Below, in pieces: positions 1 through 7,273 of a stretch of 25,185 nt of DNA. The position numbers were made by a program, and so were the translations under genes. This stretch comes from a virus (lineage: Duplodnaviria > Caudoviricetes), in IMG/VR virus record IMGVR_UViG_3300042315_000848, positions 1-25,185 of that record. One strand, given 5' to 3'. Every line of letters begins with the position of its first letter. The stretch's first letter is position 1. The notes beneath the pieces were generated by a model. The model worked only from the letters and a program-made list of their open reading frames with translations. It had not been told where the DNA came from and ran no database searches.

Positions 1-2
1 TA

Positions 3-200
3 AACAAAAAAGATCGGCGTCTAAAATCCAGCCGTAGCGCAATAATCAGCGACGCAGTCGAGCAGGCGAAAGCGAAAGAAGAAGAACAGGGAAAAGTCCC
101 CTCCCCGGACAGTGCTGGTGCCAAGACTCTGAGAGCGTCCGAGAGTTCCGTTTCTTCGCGCTCAACGGCCACGAGGAATTCCTCCCGCCGAACTGGGTAG
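3..200 (+). CDS. 3' part (5'-truncated) of a small ribbon-helix-helix-like (Arc/CopG/MetJ-type) regulator
   Basis: Not in the ORF track. Frame 3 is open from the window edge: NKKDRRLKSSRSAIISDAVEQAKAKEEEQGK...RRTG*, with TAG at 198-200. SRSAIISDAVE resembles RHH helix B; convergent on the integrase. Confidence 0.55.
   Translation, partial: NKKDRRLKSSRSAIISDAVEQAKAKEEEQGKVPSPDSAGAKTLRASESSVSSRSTATRNSSRRTG
89..95 (+). other. Candidate -1 ribosomal frameshift heptamer G_GGA_AAA in the RHH-like gene
   Basis: X_XXY_YYZ in the correct phase (CAG GGA AAA GTC); the -1 frame stays open to TGA at 284-286. Confidence 0.5.
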
Positions 201-227
201 CCCAAATCCACGATCTAACAGCGAAAC

Positions 228-1247
228 CTAAACCCTCCACCAAGCGCGCCAGTCCGCCTTGCGCGAAGGAACCGCGTAGGTCTTGAGAACCAGCGCCGTC
301 GAGGAATGCCCGAGCTGGTGCGCGGTCTTGCCAGCATCCTGGCAGCGGCCGAGGTGGTAAGTGGCGTAAGAATGCCGAAGAGCGTTCTCTGGCAGCATAG
401 CCCACGGCACAACGCCCTCGTTATTCAGCCGCTCGATCAAAGCCATCCGCTCCCGATAAAGGCGGAGCGATTTCGCAACCACGATCAGCCCCGATTTTCC
501 TTTGAAAAAATCCTTCCGCCTCGCTAGCGGCTCCGTGAAATCCACAATGCGCTCCGGCAGGCCGCTTGATTGTTTCGAAACCTCCCGCCGCACCTCGATC
601 TGGCCAGACTTTGGATCGACATCCTCCCACCGCATGCGATGGACCTCAATCGACCTCAACCCCGCAAACGCACCCAGCAAAAACCAAGCGCGGAGCGCAT
701 CGCTCATCTCCGCATCCAGAATCGCCCGGAGTTCCTTCGCCGAAATCAGCGACCGCTTCGACTCAGCCTCCGGCGCCACGACGCGGCGAAATGGATTTCG
801 GTCGAGGAGTTCCATGTCCACGCACCACCGAAAAAAACCAGAGGCATATCGATGCCACCCCGCCCGCGTCGTCGGCGCGCCCTTAATCTTTCCAAAGACC
901 CTCGCCGCCTGCATCGGCGACACCGCCGCCACCGCGCCAGGGAACGCCTCCAAAAGATCCCCGCATATTTTTTCCAACTTCTCACGATGCCGCTCCGAAG
1001 ACCCCGCCTTGCTCGACAGATAATCCCGCACCGCGGATTTCATAGACATGCCGCTCACCTGATCCTCCGAGAGCGAATCCGTCCCACCCTTCTGCAACTT
1101 CTCCAGCAACCCCGGCCCCGCCGCCCAAGCCTCGGCCTCCGTGCGATAAAAACGGCGGATGCGACGGCCAAAAATTTTCTGCGGAATCGTCAACTTCCAA
1201 GGGGTCGAAGGCCGCTGCGGGTAGGGAGTGACAAGATAGGCGCTCAT
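228..1247 (-). CDS. int: Tyrosine recombinase / phage integrase (339 aa from the ATG at 1247)
   Basis: Catalytic motifs FAGLRSIE (R), SKQ (K), ENALRHSYAT (H/N-x-x-R), LGHSS (H), KTYA (Y); NPF linker after the core-binding domain; adjacent attP. The ORF-track extension to 1289 runs through arm-type repeats. Confidence 0.95.
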   Translation of the reverse strand: MSAYLVTPYPQRPSTPWKLTIPQKIFGRRIRRFYRTEAEAWAAGPGLLEKLQKGGTDSLSEDQVSGMSMKSAVRDYLSSKAGSSERHREKLEKICGDLLEAFPGAVAAVSPMQAARVFGKIKGAPTTRAGWHRYASGFFRWCVDMELLDRNPFRRVVAPEAESKRSLISAKELRAILDAEMSDALRAWFLLGAFAGLRSIEVHRMRWEDVDPKSGQIEVRREVSKQSSGLPERIVDFTEPLARRKDFFKGKSGLIVVAKSLRLYRERMALIERLNNEGVVPWAMLPENALRHSYATYHLGRCQDAGKTAHQLGHSSTALVLKTYAVPSRKADWRAWWRV

Positions 1248-1251
1248 GGTC

Positions 1252-1279
1252 TGTTGCCCACTTGTTGCCCGTGTTGCCC
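1252..1279. repeat. Three TGTTGCCC direct repeats: putative integrase arm-type sites (int-proximal arm of attP)
   Basis: TGTTGCCC at 1252-1259, 1263-1270 and 1272-1279; the same octamer occurs twice on the other side of the core. Confidence 0.75.
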
Positions 1280-1303
1280 GAAATCTCAACTATTTTCTTC
1301 CAC

Positions 1304-1321
1304 TAGCCGCCAATAGCCGCC
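1304..1321. repeat. TAGCCGCC direct repeat at 10-bp spacing in the attP arm (possible excisionase/accessory-factor sites)
   Basis: TAGCCGCC at 1304-1311 and 1314-1321, between the arm sites and the core. Confidence 0.35.
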
Positions 1322-1389
1322 GCTAGATTCTTGATGCCGACCGCCCGCCAACCCGCATAAAACCTAGCTCAAATCGTCACAAAGCACTC

Positions 1390-1445
1390 TGCCGGCGGCG
1401 GGACTCGAACCCGCACTCCGCTTTCGCGAAAACGGATTTTAAGTC
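1390..1445 (-). other. attP: attP core: 3' half of tRNA-Leu(UAA)
   Basis: Minus strand reads GA-CTTAAAA-TCCGT (anticodon loop, TAA at 1441-1439), long variable arm TTTCGCGAAAGCGGAGT, T-arm GCGGG-TTCGAGT-CCCGC, acceptor 3' strand CGCCGGC-A; no D-arm or 5' acceptor strand upstream. Confidence 0.9.
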
Positions 1446-1462
1446 GCTTTCTTGGGTTTGTT

Positions 1463-1475
1463 TTTCAATGACTTA
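1463..1475 (+). promoter_or_regulatory. IHF-like binding site in attP
   Basis: TTTCAATGACTTA matches WATCAANNNNTTR with one mismatch, between core and arm repeats. Confidence 0.5.
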
Positions 1476-1481
1476 CGGAAG

Positions 1482-1499
1482 TGTTGCCCGTTGTTGCCC
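1482..1499. repeat. Two TGTTGCCC direct repeats: putative arm-type sites (lysin-proximal arm of attP)
   Basis: TGTTGCCC at 1482-1489 and 1492-1499. Confidence 0.75.
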
Positions 1500-2110
1500 T
1501 AGAGCACCTTATTCAGAGCCGCTAAAAGGGCGGCGTGGGCGGCTGGCGAGCAGTCGTCTTTTCGGCCGGGGGCGATGTCTGCGTGGCGCAGGATGTTTGC
1601 GAGGGGGATGTTGTGCTCGCGCAGGATTGGGAGGAGGTATTCGACGGCGCTAAGGAGGGCGTCTTCGCTCAAGGGTGTTTGGTAGGTGTCGCCTTCCCAT
1701 GCCAGGCCGATAGAGAAGCTGTTGGCGTCTTTGCGGCCTTGCCAGCTTGAGACTCCGGCGTGCCATGTTCTCTGGCTCGGCAGGGCGAGGACGGTGCGCT
1801 TGCCGTTTCTGGCGATTATGCAGTGATACGAAACTTTGCTGGCGGGCTCGATGCACCACGAGACGGATCCGGCATAGGCTCCGCTCGTGTGGTGCAAGAT
1901 CACATGAGTGGGCTTGATGACGCGGCCCGCTGAGATGTTGGGGGTCCGCTTGTTGGTTTGCTGATAAAACTTTGGCTCGGGCTTCAGGAGGCCGGAGGTT
2001 TTGGCGGGCTTTGGCGCTGGCTTCGCGGGCTTCGGCGCGGGCTCAGGCGCGGGCGCGGGGGATTGCGCCGGGCGTGGCAACATGAAGAACCGGGCGAGGA
2101 GGGAGATCAT
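1499..2110 (-). CDS. Endolysin, N-acetylmuramoyl-L-alanine amidase (Amidase_2/AmpD-like) with Pro/Ala/Lys-rich N-terminal extension
   Basis: ILHHTSG, SYHCII, TWHAG, NSFSIGLAWEG, LRHADIAPGRKDD motifs; last gene of the lysis cassette. Confidence 0.92.
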   Translation of the reverse strand: MISLLARFFMLPRPAQSPAPAPEPAPKPAKPAPKPAKTSGLLKPEPKFYQQTNKRTPNISAGRVIKPTHVILHHTSGAYAGSVSWCIEPASKVSYHCIIARNGKRTVLALPSQRTWHAGVSSWQGRKDANSFSIGLAWEGDTYQTPLSEDALLSAVEYLLPILREHNIPLANILRHADIAPGRKDDCSPAAHAALLAALNKVL

Positions 2111-2358
2111 TTGTCCTTCAGGGCGGGCAGGGTTTTTTGGAACTCGCCGAGGGCGTTCCAGAGGTCGCGGTTCGCGGCTTCGCTTTCGGTCAGGCGCGGC
2201 TCAAAGCGAACGCTGGTGCGGATGTGCAGCGTGCCTGCCTCGCCGACGCGGTCGCCGAAGGGAGGCATCGGGACGGCCACGCAGCTGGTCAAAAAGGCCA
2301 TTGCGAGGAAAAGCCAGCCGAGGATCATGAGCACGGCGGCGACCTGTTTGGGGTTCAT
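2107..2358 (-). CDS. Small lipoprotein in lysis cassette (o-spanin-like candidate)
   Basis: MNPKQ + hydrophobic stretch + lipobox FLTS-C followed by Pro-rich VPMPPFG; ATGA-coupled to both neighbours. Confidence 0.6.
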   Translation of the reverse strand: MNPKQVAAVLMILGWLFLAMAFLTSCVAVPMPPFGDRVGEAGTLHIRTSVRFEPRLTESEAANRDLWNALGEFQKTLPALKDK

Positions 2359-2528
2359 TTTTCCTTTCGCAGGAGATTGATCAATCCCACGAGGCCGAGA
2401 CCGGCCGCCACGATTTGGTTCTGAAGCTCGGGTTCCAAACGCACGCCCAGAGCCGTGGCCACCAAAATTGCACCCCTCCAGGAAGACGACTCAGCCGCTC
2501 TGTCGAGAATGTAGAAGATTGCTTTCAT
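2355..2528 (-). CDS. Putative small two-TM holin (57 aa; absent from the ORF track)
   Basis: MKAIFYILDRAAESSSWRGAILVATALGVRLEPELQNQIVAAGLGLVGLINLLRKEK*: two hydrophobic segments, ExSxWRG motif, basic C-tail; TGA overlaps the ATG at 2358. Confidence 0.75.
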   Translation of the reverse strand: MKAIFYILDRAAESSSWRGAILVATALGVRLEPELQNQIVAAGLGLVGLINLLRKEK

Positions 2529-2542
2529 GCTTCGCGGCGGGG

Positions 2543-2549
2543 TGTCAAA
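2543..2549 (-). promoter_or_regulatory. TTTGACA junction motif 1 (14 nt upstream of the holin ATG)
   Basis: One of five intergenic/junction copies, all oriented with the late genes. Confidence 0.5.
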
Positions 2550-2552
2550 GGG

Positions 2553-2852
2553 TCAGGCGTTGTGCCGGTCGAGTTTGGACTCGAGGCGGTCCATGATCGT
2601 GATGGCGCGGTTCGTGGTCTGCTGGTTGCTGCTGATGACCTCGAGCATTTCTCGGTTGGCGGTTTTGAGGTGCGTGACGAATTCCTCGTTTTGCTGGTCC
2701 ATCTTTGTTTCGACTCGCTCGAGGCGGCGGGTGAACCAGCGGAAAAGAATCGATGCAAAAACGAGCCCGATCGCCACGAGCGCGATCAGGTGCCAAGTGG
2801 CATCCTGACGCGCGGCGTGGTTAATGATGCCGAGCGCAGAGTCAGGGCTCAT
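2553..2852 (-). CDS. Single-TM plus coiled-coil membrane protein (holin/antiholin-like)
   Basis: TM LIALVAIGLVFASILF followed by basic RWFTRR and a heptad-rich C-terminus; directly upstream of the holin. Confidence 0.55.
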   Translation of the reverse strand: MSPDSALGIINHAARQDATWHLIALVAIGLVFASILFRWFTRRLERVETKMDQQNEEFVTHLKTANREMLEVISSNQQTTNRAITIMDRLESKLDRHNA

Positions 2853-4489
2853 GAGTTCGCCTGGGCGATGAGGTTGCCGACGATGGCTGTGGTGGCCACA
2901 TTGGCGAGGCGCTCGGTGTTCAAAGCCGAAACCTTCGAGAGTTCGCTCGATAGCTCGGAACGAACGGCTGATGCCACGGTAGCCGCTGAAGGGGCAGTGA
3001 CTCCGGCGATAGCGGCCTCGAGGAGGCTTTGGTCTGCGGGATCGCTTGGCAGTGCATCGGTCTTCGCCTTAATCGCGGCGACATCGCTGTTGGCTGGCGC
3101 GGTGTAGGCCGAACCGGCGAGGCGGGTTCCGACGGCGACATCCAGTTTGGTGGAATTGGCGTCGATCTCCTGGCGAATCTCGACCGCTGTCGGTCCGCTG
3201 GCGCTGGTGAGCGTGCGGGCATTGTAGTCCCAGATGTCGGCAGGAGTGACGCTGGCGGGGGCGTTGGTGAGGTTGGTGACGGTGCCGCCCGTGATCTCCT
3301 TGGTGCTTGCTCCCCACACCGCCGTTGCGATTTCGGATTCGGTCGGGACATCGGGCGAGTTCGTGAGCGTATCGACCACGCCGCCGGTGATTTCTTTTGT
3401 CACTGCCGACCAGACGGCTGATGCCACGGTGGCTGCGCTCGGAGCGGCATCGGTTGGGATGCTGTCGAGCTTTCCGCCGGTGCGCTCGAGGTCAGCGCGG
3501 ACTGCGGCGACGAGGGCGATTTCGTCCACATTCTGGTTACCGATGGCTCCGACGATGGCGTTGAGGACGGCTTGGCCGTCGTTTTCATCAAGCAAGCTGC
3601 CTTCTACGGCTTCGCTGATTTGTGCAGTGGTCGGGATGTCGGATACCGCTGCGGGCGAAGCCGGGAGGTTGTCGGTTTTGCTCTTAATCGCGGAGATGTC
3701 TGAGTTGGCTGGCGCTGTGTAAGACGCCGAGGCAAGTCGGCTCGACACCGAAGCATCCAGATTACTGATCTCGGTCAATTCCGTGCGCACGGCGGAGGCC
3801 ACAGCGGCGGCTGTCGGGGCGCTGGTCGGGGCTGTGTAGTCTGCATCTGCCAGACGGCTGGAAATGCTCGCGTCGAGGTTCGAGATTTCGGTGAGCTCAG
3901 TGCGGACGGCCGTTGCCACGGAAGCGGCAGAAGGCACACTTGGCAGGTCGCCGGTCGCGAGGGTCGAACGGCTCGAGATCGTTGCGTCGAGGTTTGCCAG
4001 CTTGGTGCTGTTGGAATCCATCTCGGTGCGGATCTGGACCACGGTCGGGATCGAGAGGGCCGAAATGGCGGACTCGACGAGGCTTTGGTCGGCGGGGTCG
4101 CTCGGCAGCGCATCGGTCTTTGATTTGATGGCCGAGATGTCCGAGTTCGCTGGCGCGGTGTAGCTGCTGGATGGCAAGCGTGAGCTGGTCGCGGCATCGA
4201 GGTTTTCAACTCCTGCTCGGCCGAGAACCCAGAGGGAGGGGATGTGCTGGGAATCCACGGTGGAGTCGGTGGTTTTAAAGATGGCGGCGTATTCGCCCTC
4301 CGTTGAATTGTCGGTCGAGAGCGTGTAGCTATACAACCCACCGCCGAGGGCTGTGGCGCTGCCTGCGGTCACGATCTGCGTGCCAGACGGATTGTAGATA
4401 TCGACGGTGACGGTGAGGCCGGTTTTGCCTTGTTTCGACGCTGTAAAGAAAGCAAGGAATTTTACGGAGGTGGAGACTTGTTCGAGCAT
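2849..4489 (-). CDS. Repeat-rich Ala/Ser/Thr/Asp protein, probable virion fibre/appendage
   Basis: N-terminal ~95-aa beta-rich domain, then TAPANSD(I/V)xAIKxKTDxLP x3, AVRTELTEISNLDASxSSRLA x2, AVWxAxTKEITGG x2. Confidence 0.7.
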   Translation of the reverse strand: MLEQVSTSVKFLAFFTASKQGKTGLTVTVDIYNPSGTQIVTAGSATALGGGLYSYTLSTDNSTEGEYAAIFKTTDSTVDSQHIPSLWVLGRAGVENLDAATSSRLPSSSYTAPANSDISAIKSKTDALPSDPADQSLVESAISALSIPTVVQIRTEMDSNSTKLANLDATISSRSTLATGDLPSVPSAASVATAVRTELTEISNLDASISSRLADADYTAPTSAPTAAAVASAVRTELTEISNLDASVSSRLASASYTAPANSDISAIKSKTDNLPASPAAVSDIPTTAQISEAVEGSLLDENDGQAVLNAIVGAIGNQNVDEIALVAAVRADLERTGGKLDSIPTDAAPSAATVASAVWSAVTKEITGGVVDTLTNSPDVPTESEIATAVWGASTKEITGGTVTNLTNAPASVTPADIWDYNARTLTSASGPTAVEIRQEIDANSTKLDVAVGTRLAGSAYTAPANSDVAAIKAKTDALPSDPADQSLLEAAIAGVTAPSAATVASAVRSELSSELSKVSALNTERLANVATTAIVGNLIAQANS

Positions 4490-4503
4490 GGGTGGTGGTG
4501 GGT

Positions 4504-4818
4504 TTAGATTTCTTCGGGTTGGGGCAGGAGCGGGAGGACTTGGGACATGGGGAGGACTTCGACGGCTGGGAATAGCTCGGCGGGGAGATGCGCGAATCCG
4601 CCGGAGTAGAGTCCGCCGGGGCCGACTTCGGTGAGGAGGTCGGCGCAGAGCATTTTGCGGCCATCAACAAGATCGACGGGGCTGGCAACATGGCGGGGGT
4701 TGCCATGCTCGGCTTGGACGGCGGCGAGTTGCGCGGCGAGTTCGGGCGAGAAGACGAGTGCGAGGTCTTTGGCGGTATCGTAGCTCACGGGCTGGGTGAT
4801 GAGGTCGGCGAGGGTCAT
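4504..4818 (-). CDS. Hypothetical protein, possible partner/chaperone of the upstream lectin-like protein
   Basis: 104-aa ORF with backbone codon usage, ATGA-coupled to 4815..5615. Confidence 0.65.
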   Translation of the reverse strand: MTLADLITQPVSYDTAKDLALVFSPELAAQLAAVQAEHGNPRHVASPVDLVDGRKMLCADLLTEVGPGGLYSGGFAHLPAELFPAVEVLPMSQVLPLLPQPEEI

Positions 4819-5615
4819 GGTATGGCGGCGGCGATGGCGGTCATGAGGGTGCTGACGCGGGTGTCGAGGGCGGCGAGGTTGAGATTTTCGCCTATGGAGT
4901 AGAAGGAAAGACGACCGTCAAAACTTCCGGACGCTCCTGTTGAAAAAACAAAATGGTTGGCGGAAGGATTTCCAGATGAGGGTGTTGCTCTCGTTGAGTT
5001 TGCTCCGCCAACGCGAAGCAGATAGCTAGCGGCTACATTTCTTGCTTGCCCCTTAAATCCGACGGATGTGCTTGAGCCATTTGCGTAAGTCCCGCTTGTT
5101 CTGCATCGTGATCCCAAGTTTGCAGATGTTCCGCTCGATAAAAATGTTTGCGGGGAAATGTTTATGCCAATGATGCTGCGACTTGCTGTTATGGATGGGG
5201 CAGCCATTAAATAAATCGCTTGATGAACATTATCTTGAGGGTCAGCATTTCCGGCGCGGTTGGAATTTAAATACTTAGTCGAGCCGTTCCCAAGCAGTCC
5301 GGTTTCTCGATTGTAGTCTCCCGACACGAAATTTGCGTTGGTCGGAGCCGTTCCTACGAGTGGGATTAGCGCACCGGAAAGCGTCCGCGCTCCTGCGAGA
5401 ATGCAGGAGGCTTTAAGGGCGGTCCAAATGCCGTCGGATTTGCAGCCGGTGATGAATGATTCGACAGCCGAGATGACGCCCGACTCTAGCTCTTGGCCGT
5501 CGGCAGATTCCACGGCGAGGAGGTAGGTATTGGCGTCGGCGTCGTCAGAAACCTTGCGCGCAGCCTTGGTCGGCACGCGCAGCGGGGAGAGTTGGCCGTA
5601 GAGGGGACTAAGCAT
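4815..5615 (-). CDS. Putative receptor-binding / concanavalin-like virion protein
   Basis: Helical N-part (DADANTYLLAVESADG...GCKSDGIW), beta-rich Gly/Ser/Asn core, closing LSFYSIGExL plus helix; architecture resembles LamG-like phage proteins. Confidence 0.55.
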   Translation of the reverse strand: MLSPLYGQLSPLRVPTKAARKVSDDADANTYLLAVESADGQELESGVISAVESFITGCKSDGIWTALKASCILAGARTLSGALIPLVGTAPTNANFVSGDYNRETGLLGNGSTKYLNSNRAGNADPQDNVHQAIYLMAAPSITASRSIIGINISPQTFLSSGTSANLGSRCRTSGTYANGSSTSVGFKGQARNVAASYLLRVGGANSTRATPSSGNPSANHFVFSTGASGSFDGRLSFYSIGENLNLAALDTRVSTLMTAIAAAIP

Positions 5616-5988
5616 AATTCAAATTCCCCTTGTTTGACCACGCGCCGGTGGCGGAGCTTTCGCTGCTGGTGGTGCCTGCGGCGTTGAAAATGGTGCGGGA
5701 GATTTCCCAGGACTCGGAGTCATACACCGAGCCGGAGTTTGGGAAGTCCGAGTAAAGGAGGAAGCCGAGGAAGGTGGTGGTGCCGTCGCTGGAGAGGTCA
5801 AAGGCCCATACGCGATCGGGGGCGTCTTTGGTGCCTGCGAGTTTGTAGACTTCGCCGGTGGAGGGATTGCGCGAATAGAGTCGCCGGTCTGTGTGGTTCA
5901 CACAAATTTCTCCCAAGGCCAGGTCGGAGGCGGCTGGGACTTTCGACGCTACGGTCGAGGATTTGGGCTTGATGATTGGGTTTGGCAT
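5608..5988 (-). CDS. Two-module adaptor-like protein (Mtd_N-like N-module plus WxNxxxLxY C-module)
   Basis: MPNPIIKPKSS...PAASDLALGEICVNHTDRRLY resembles the N-terminus of 6073..6990; the C-terminus aligns with that of 7270..8436. Confidence 0.7.
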   Translation of the reverse strand: MPNPIIKPKSSTVASKVPAASDLALGEICVNHTDRRLYSRNPSTGEVYKLAGTKDAPDRVWAFDLSSDGTTTFLGFLLYSDFPNSGSVYDSESWEISRTIFNAAGTTSSESSATGAWSNKGNLNYA

Positions 5989-6017
5989 GGGCCGGATTTT
6001 GATTTTGCGGAGTTAGA

Positions 6018-6057
6018 CCCCCCGCTTGGCGGAGCGCTATGGAGCGCCCCGCCGGGG
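6018..6057 (-). terminator. GC-rich hairpin without U-tract after the 305-aa gene (mRNA 3'-stabiliser or partial terminator)
   Basis: GGCGGGGCGCT-CCAT-AGCGCTCCGCC 11-bp stem (one G-U), extendable by CCCC/GGGG. Confidence 0.5.
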
Positions 6058-6072
6058 TTGGTTGGTTATTTT

Positions 6073-6990
6073 TTAATAAACGCCGCCATCGATCGTCGTC
6101 TCCAAGGCGGAGATCCGGGTCTCGTGGTCGGCCACATCGGCCTCGACTGCGGTCAGGCGGCTGTCCGCGCTGGCGTTCTCCAAGGTCGTGATTCTGTTGG
6201 ACAACGAGGTATCGGCTGTCGAACGAGTCGAGCTTTCGGCGTCCAGATTGCTCTGAACTGCGGCGATGTCGGACTCGAGGCCGGACACATCCGAAGCGCG
6301 GGCGGCGGCCTCGGCGGAGACTGCGGCGATGCGAGCGGACTCTTCCGAAACGATATCTGCTTCCGCTGCGGTGACTCTTGTGGTCAACGCGCTGAGGTCG
6401 CTCGAGACGCCATTGATCGAGGTCTGAAGACCGGAGTCGCCAGCGATGCGTGCGGTCTCTTCAGCGGCGATGTCGTCGTTGATAGAGAGGATGGCGGCTG
6501 CGAGTGAATTGTCGTTTTCCAAATCTACGCTGTTCACGAGCGAGACAATCTCGGCGAAGCTATCCTTATCAGCCTGTGATGCAGAAAGGATCGCATCGAT
6601 GCGGCCTTTTTCAGTCGTGATTTTTCCGTCGAGGGTCGTGTCGGCTGCTTCCAGAGTGGAAACGGCGGAGCTGATCGCGGACTGGCGGGCGGATGTCTCG
6701 GCGGCGATGTCGTCGGCGAGATCGCTTTCGGCACCTTGAGCGCGGGAGATTTCCGCATTGAGGTTCGTGGTGAGCGTCGAATCCGCTGCTTCGCGTGCCG
6801 ATTGCTCGCTTGAAACGGCGCTATCGACATAGGTCTTTTTGGCGAAGACATGCTCGCCGCCGATGGCGAGGACGCCTTCGGCTGTGCCTACAAAGAGGCT
6901 TTTGTTCAGTGTGTCGATTGCCAGCTCGCCCGTCTGAAGACTGACGGGAGCGCCTGAACCGCGTTTGATTTTGATGATTGGATTGGCCAT
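6073..6990 (-). CDS. Coiled-coil fibre protein with Mtd_N-like N-module and C-terminal IDGGVY
   Basis: MANPIIKIKRGSGAPVSLQTGELAIDT...; repeated E-x-x-A-R-x-x-(A/G)-D coiled-coil motifs; DSFAEIV fibre motif. Confidence 0.8.
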   Translation of the reverse strand: MANPIIKIKRGSGAPVSLQTGELAIDTLNKSLFVGTAEGVLAIGGEHVFAKKTYVDSAVSSEQSAREAADSTLTTNLNAEISRAQGAESDLADDIAAETSARQSAISSAVSTLEAADTTLDGKITTEKGRIDAILSASQADKDSFAEIVSLVNSVDLENDNSLAAAILSINDDIAAEETARIAGDSGLQTSINGVSSDLSALTTRVTAAEADIVSEESARIAAVSAEAAARASDVSGLESDIAAVQSNLDAESSTRSTADTSLSNRITTLENASADSRLTAVEADVADHETRISALETTIDGGVY

Positions 6991-7043
6991 GGCTAATTAG
7001 GTGGTGGTGGTGGTTTTGGTTGGGCTGTTCGTGGGTGGGTGAT

Positions 7044-7050
7044 TGTCAAA
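7044..7050 (-). promoter_or_regulatory. TTTGACA junction motif 2, followed by a 53-nt A/C-rich leader
   Basis: Contains the TGA stop of 7046..7273; the leader contains (CCA)n and has no SD. Confidence 0.5.
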
Positions 7051-7273
7051 AGTTGCCCGCGTCGATGACGGGGATCATGAGGGCGTAAGCGCTCGCGGTG
7101 GGCGACCAGCGGTAGGGCATCCCCTCGTCGAGAGCCATGTAGAGGCGGTCCGGCTTTCCGGTGCTCGGGAAGCTCGATCGGTTCGGGTATTCGACGACGC
7201 TCGGCGGGAGCGTGAGATCGAACGAGGAGAGATCGAGCGTCTGCGTGATGTTGCTCTCGGTGATTGTCGTCAT
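7046..7273 (-). CDS. Small fibre-associated module protein ending IDAGNF
   Basis: VVEYPNRSSFPSTGKPDRLYMALDEGMPYRW module typical of phage fibre proteins; ATGA-coupled. Confidence 0.7.
   Translation of the reverse strand: MTTITESNITQTLDLSSFDLTLPPSVVEYPNRSSFPSTGKPDRLYMALDEGMPYRWSPTASAYALMIPVIDAGNF

Noticed and set aside
1248-1289. N-terminal extension of the integrase (MRFRATRATSGQQT)
   Set aside because: It translates the arm-type repeats from a TTG start; the ATG at 1247 is more plausible
1390-1445. Functional phage-encoded tRNA-Leu
   Set aside because: D-arm, 5' acceptor strand and most of the 5' anticodon stem are missing; fits an attP core
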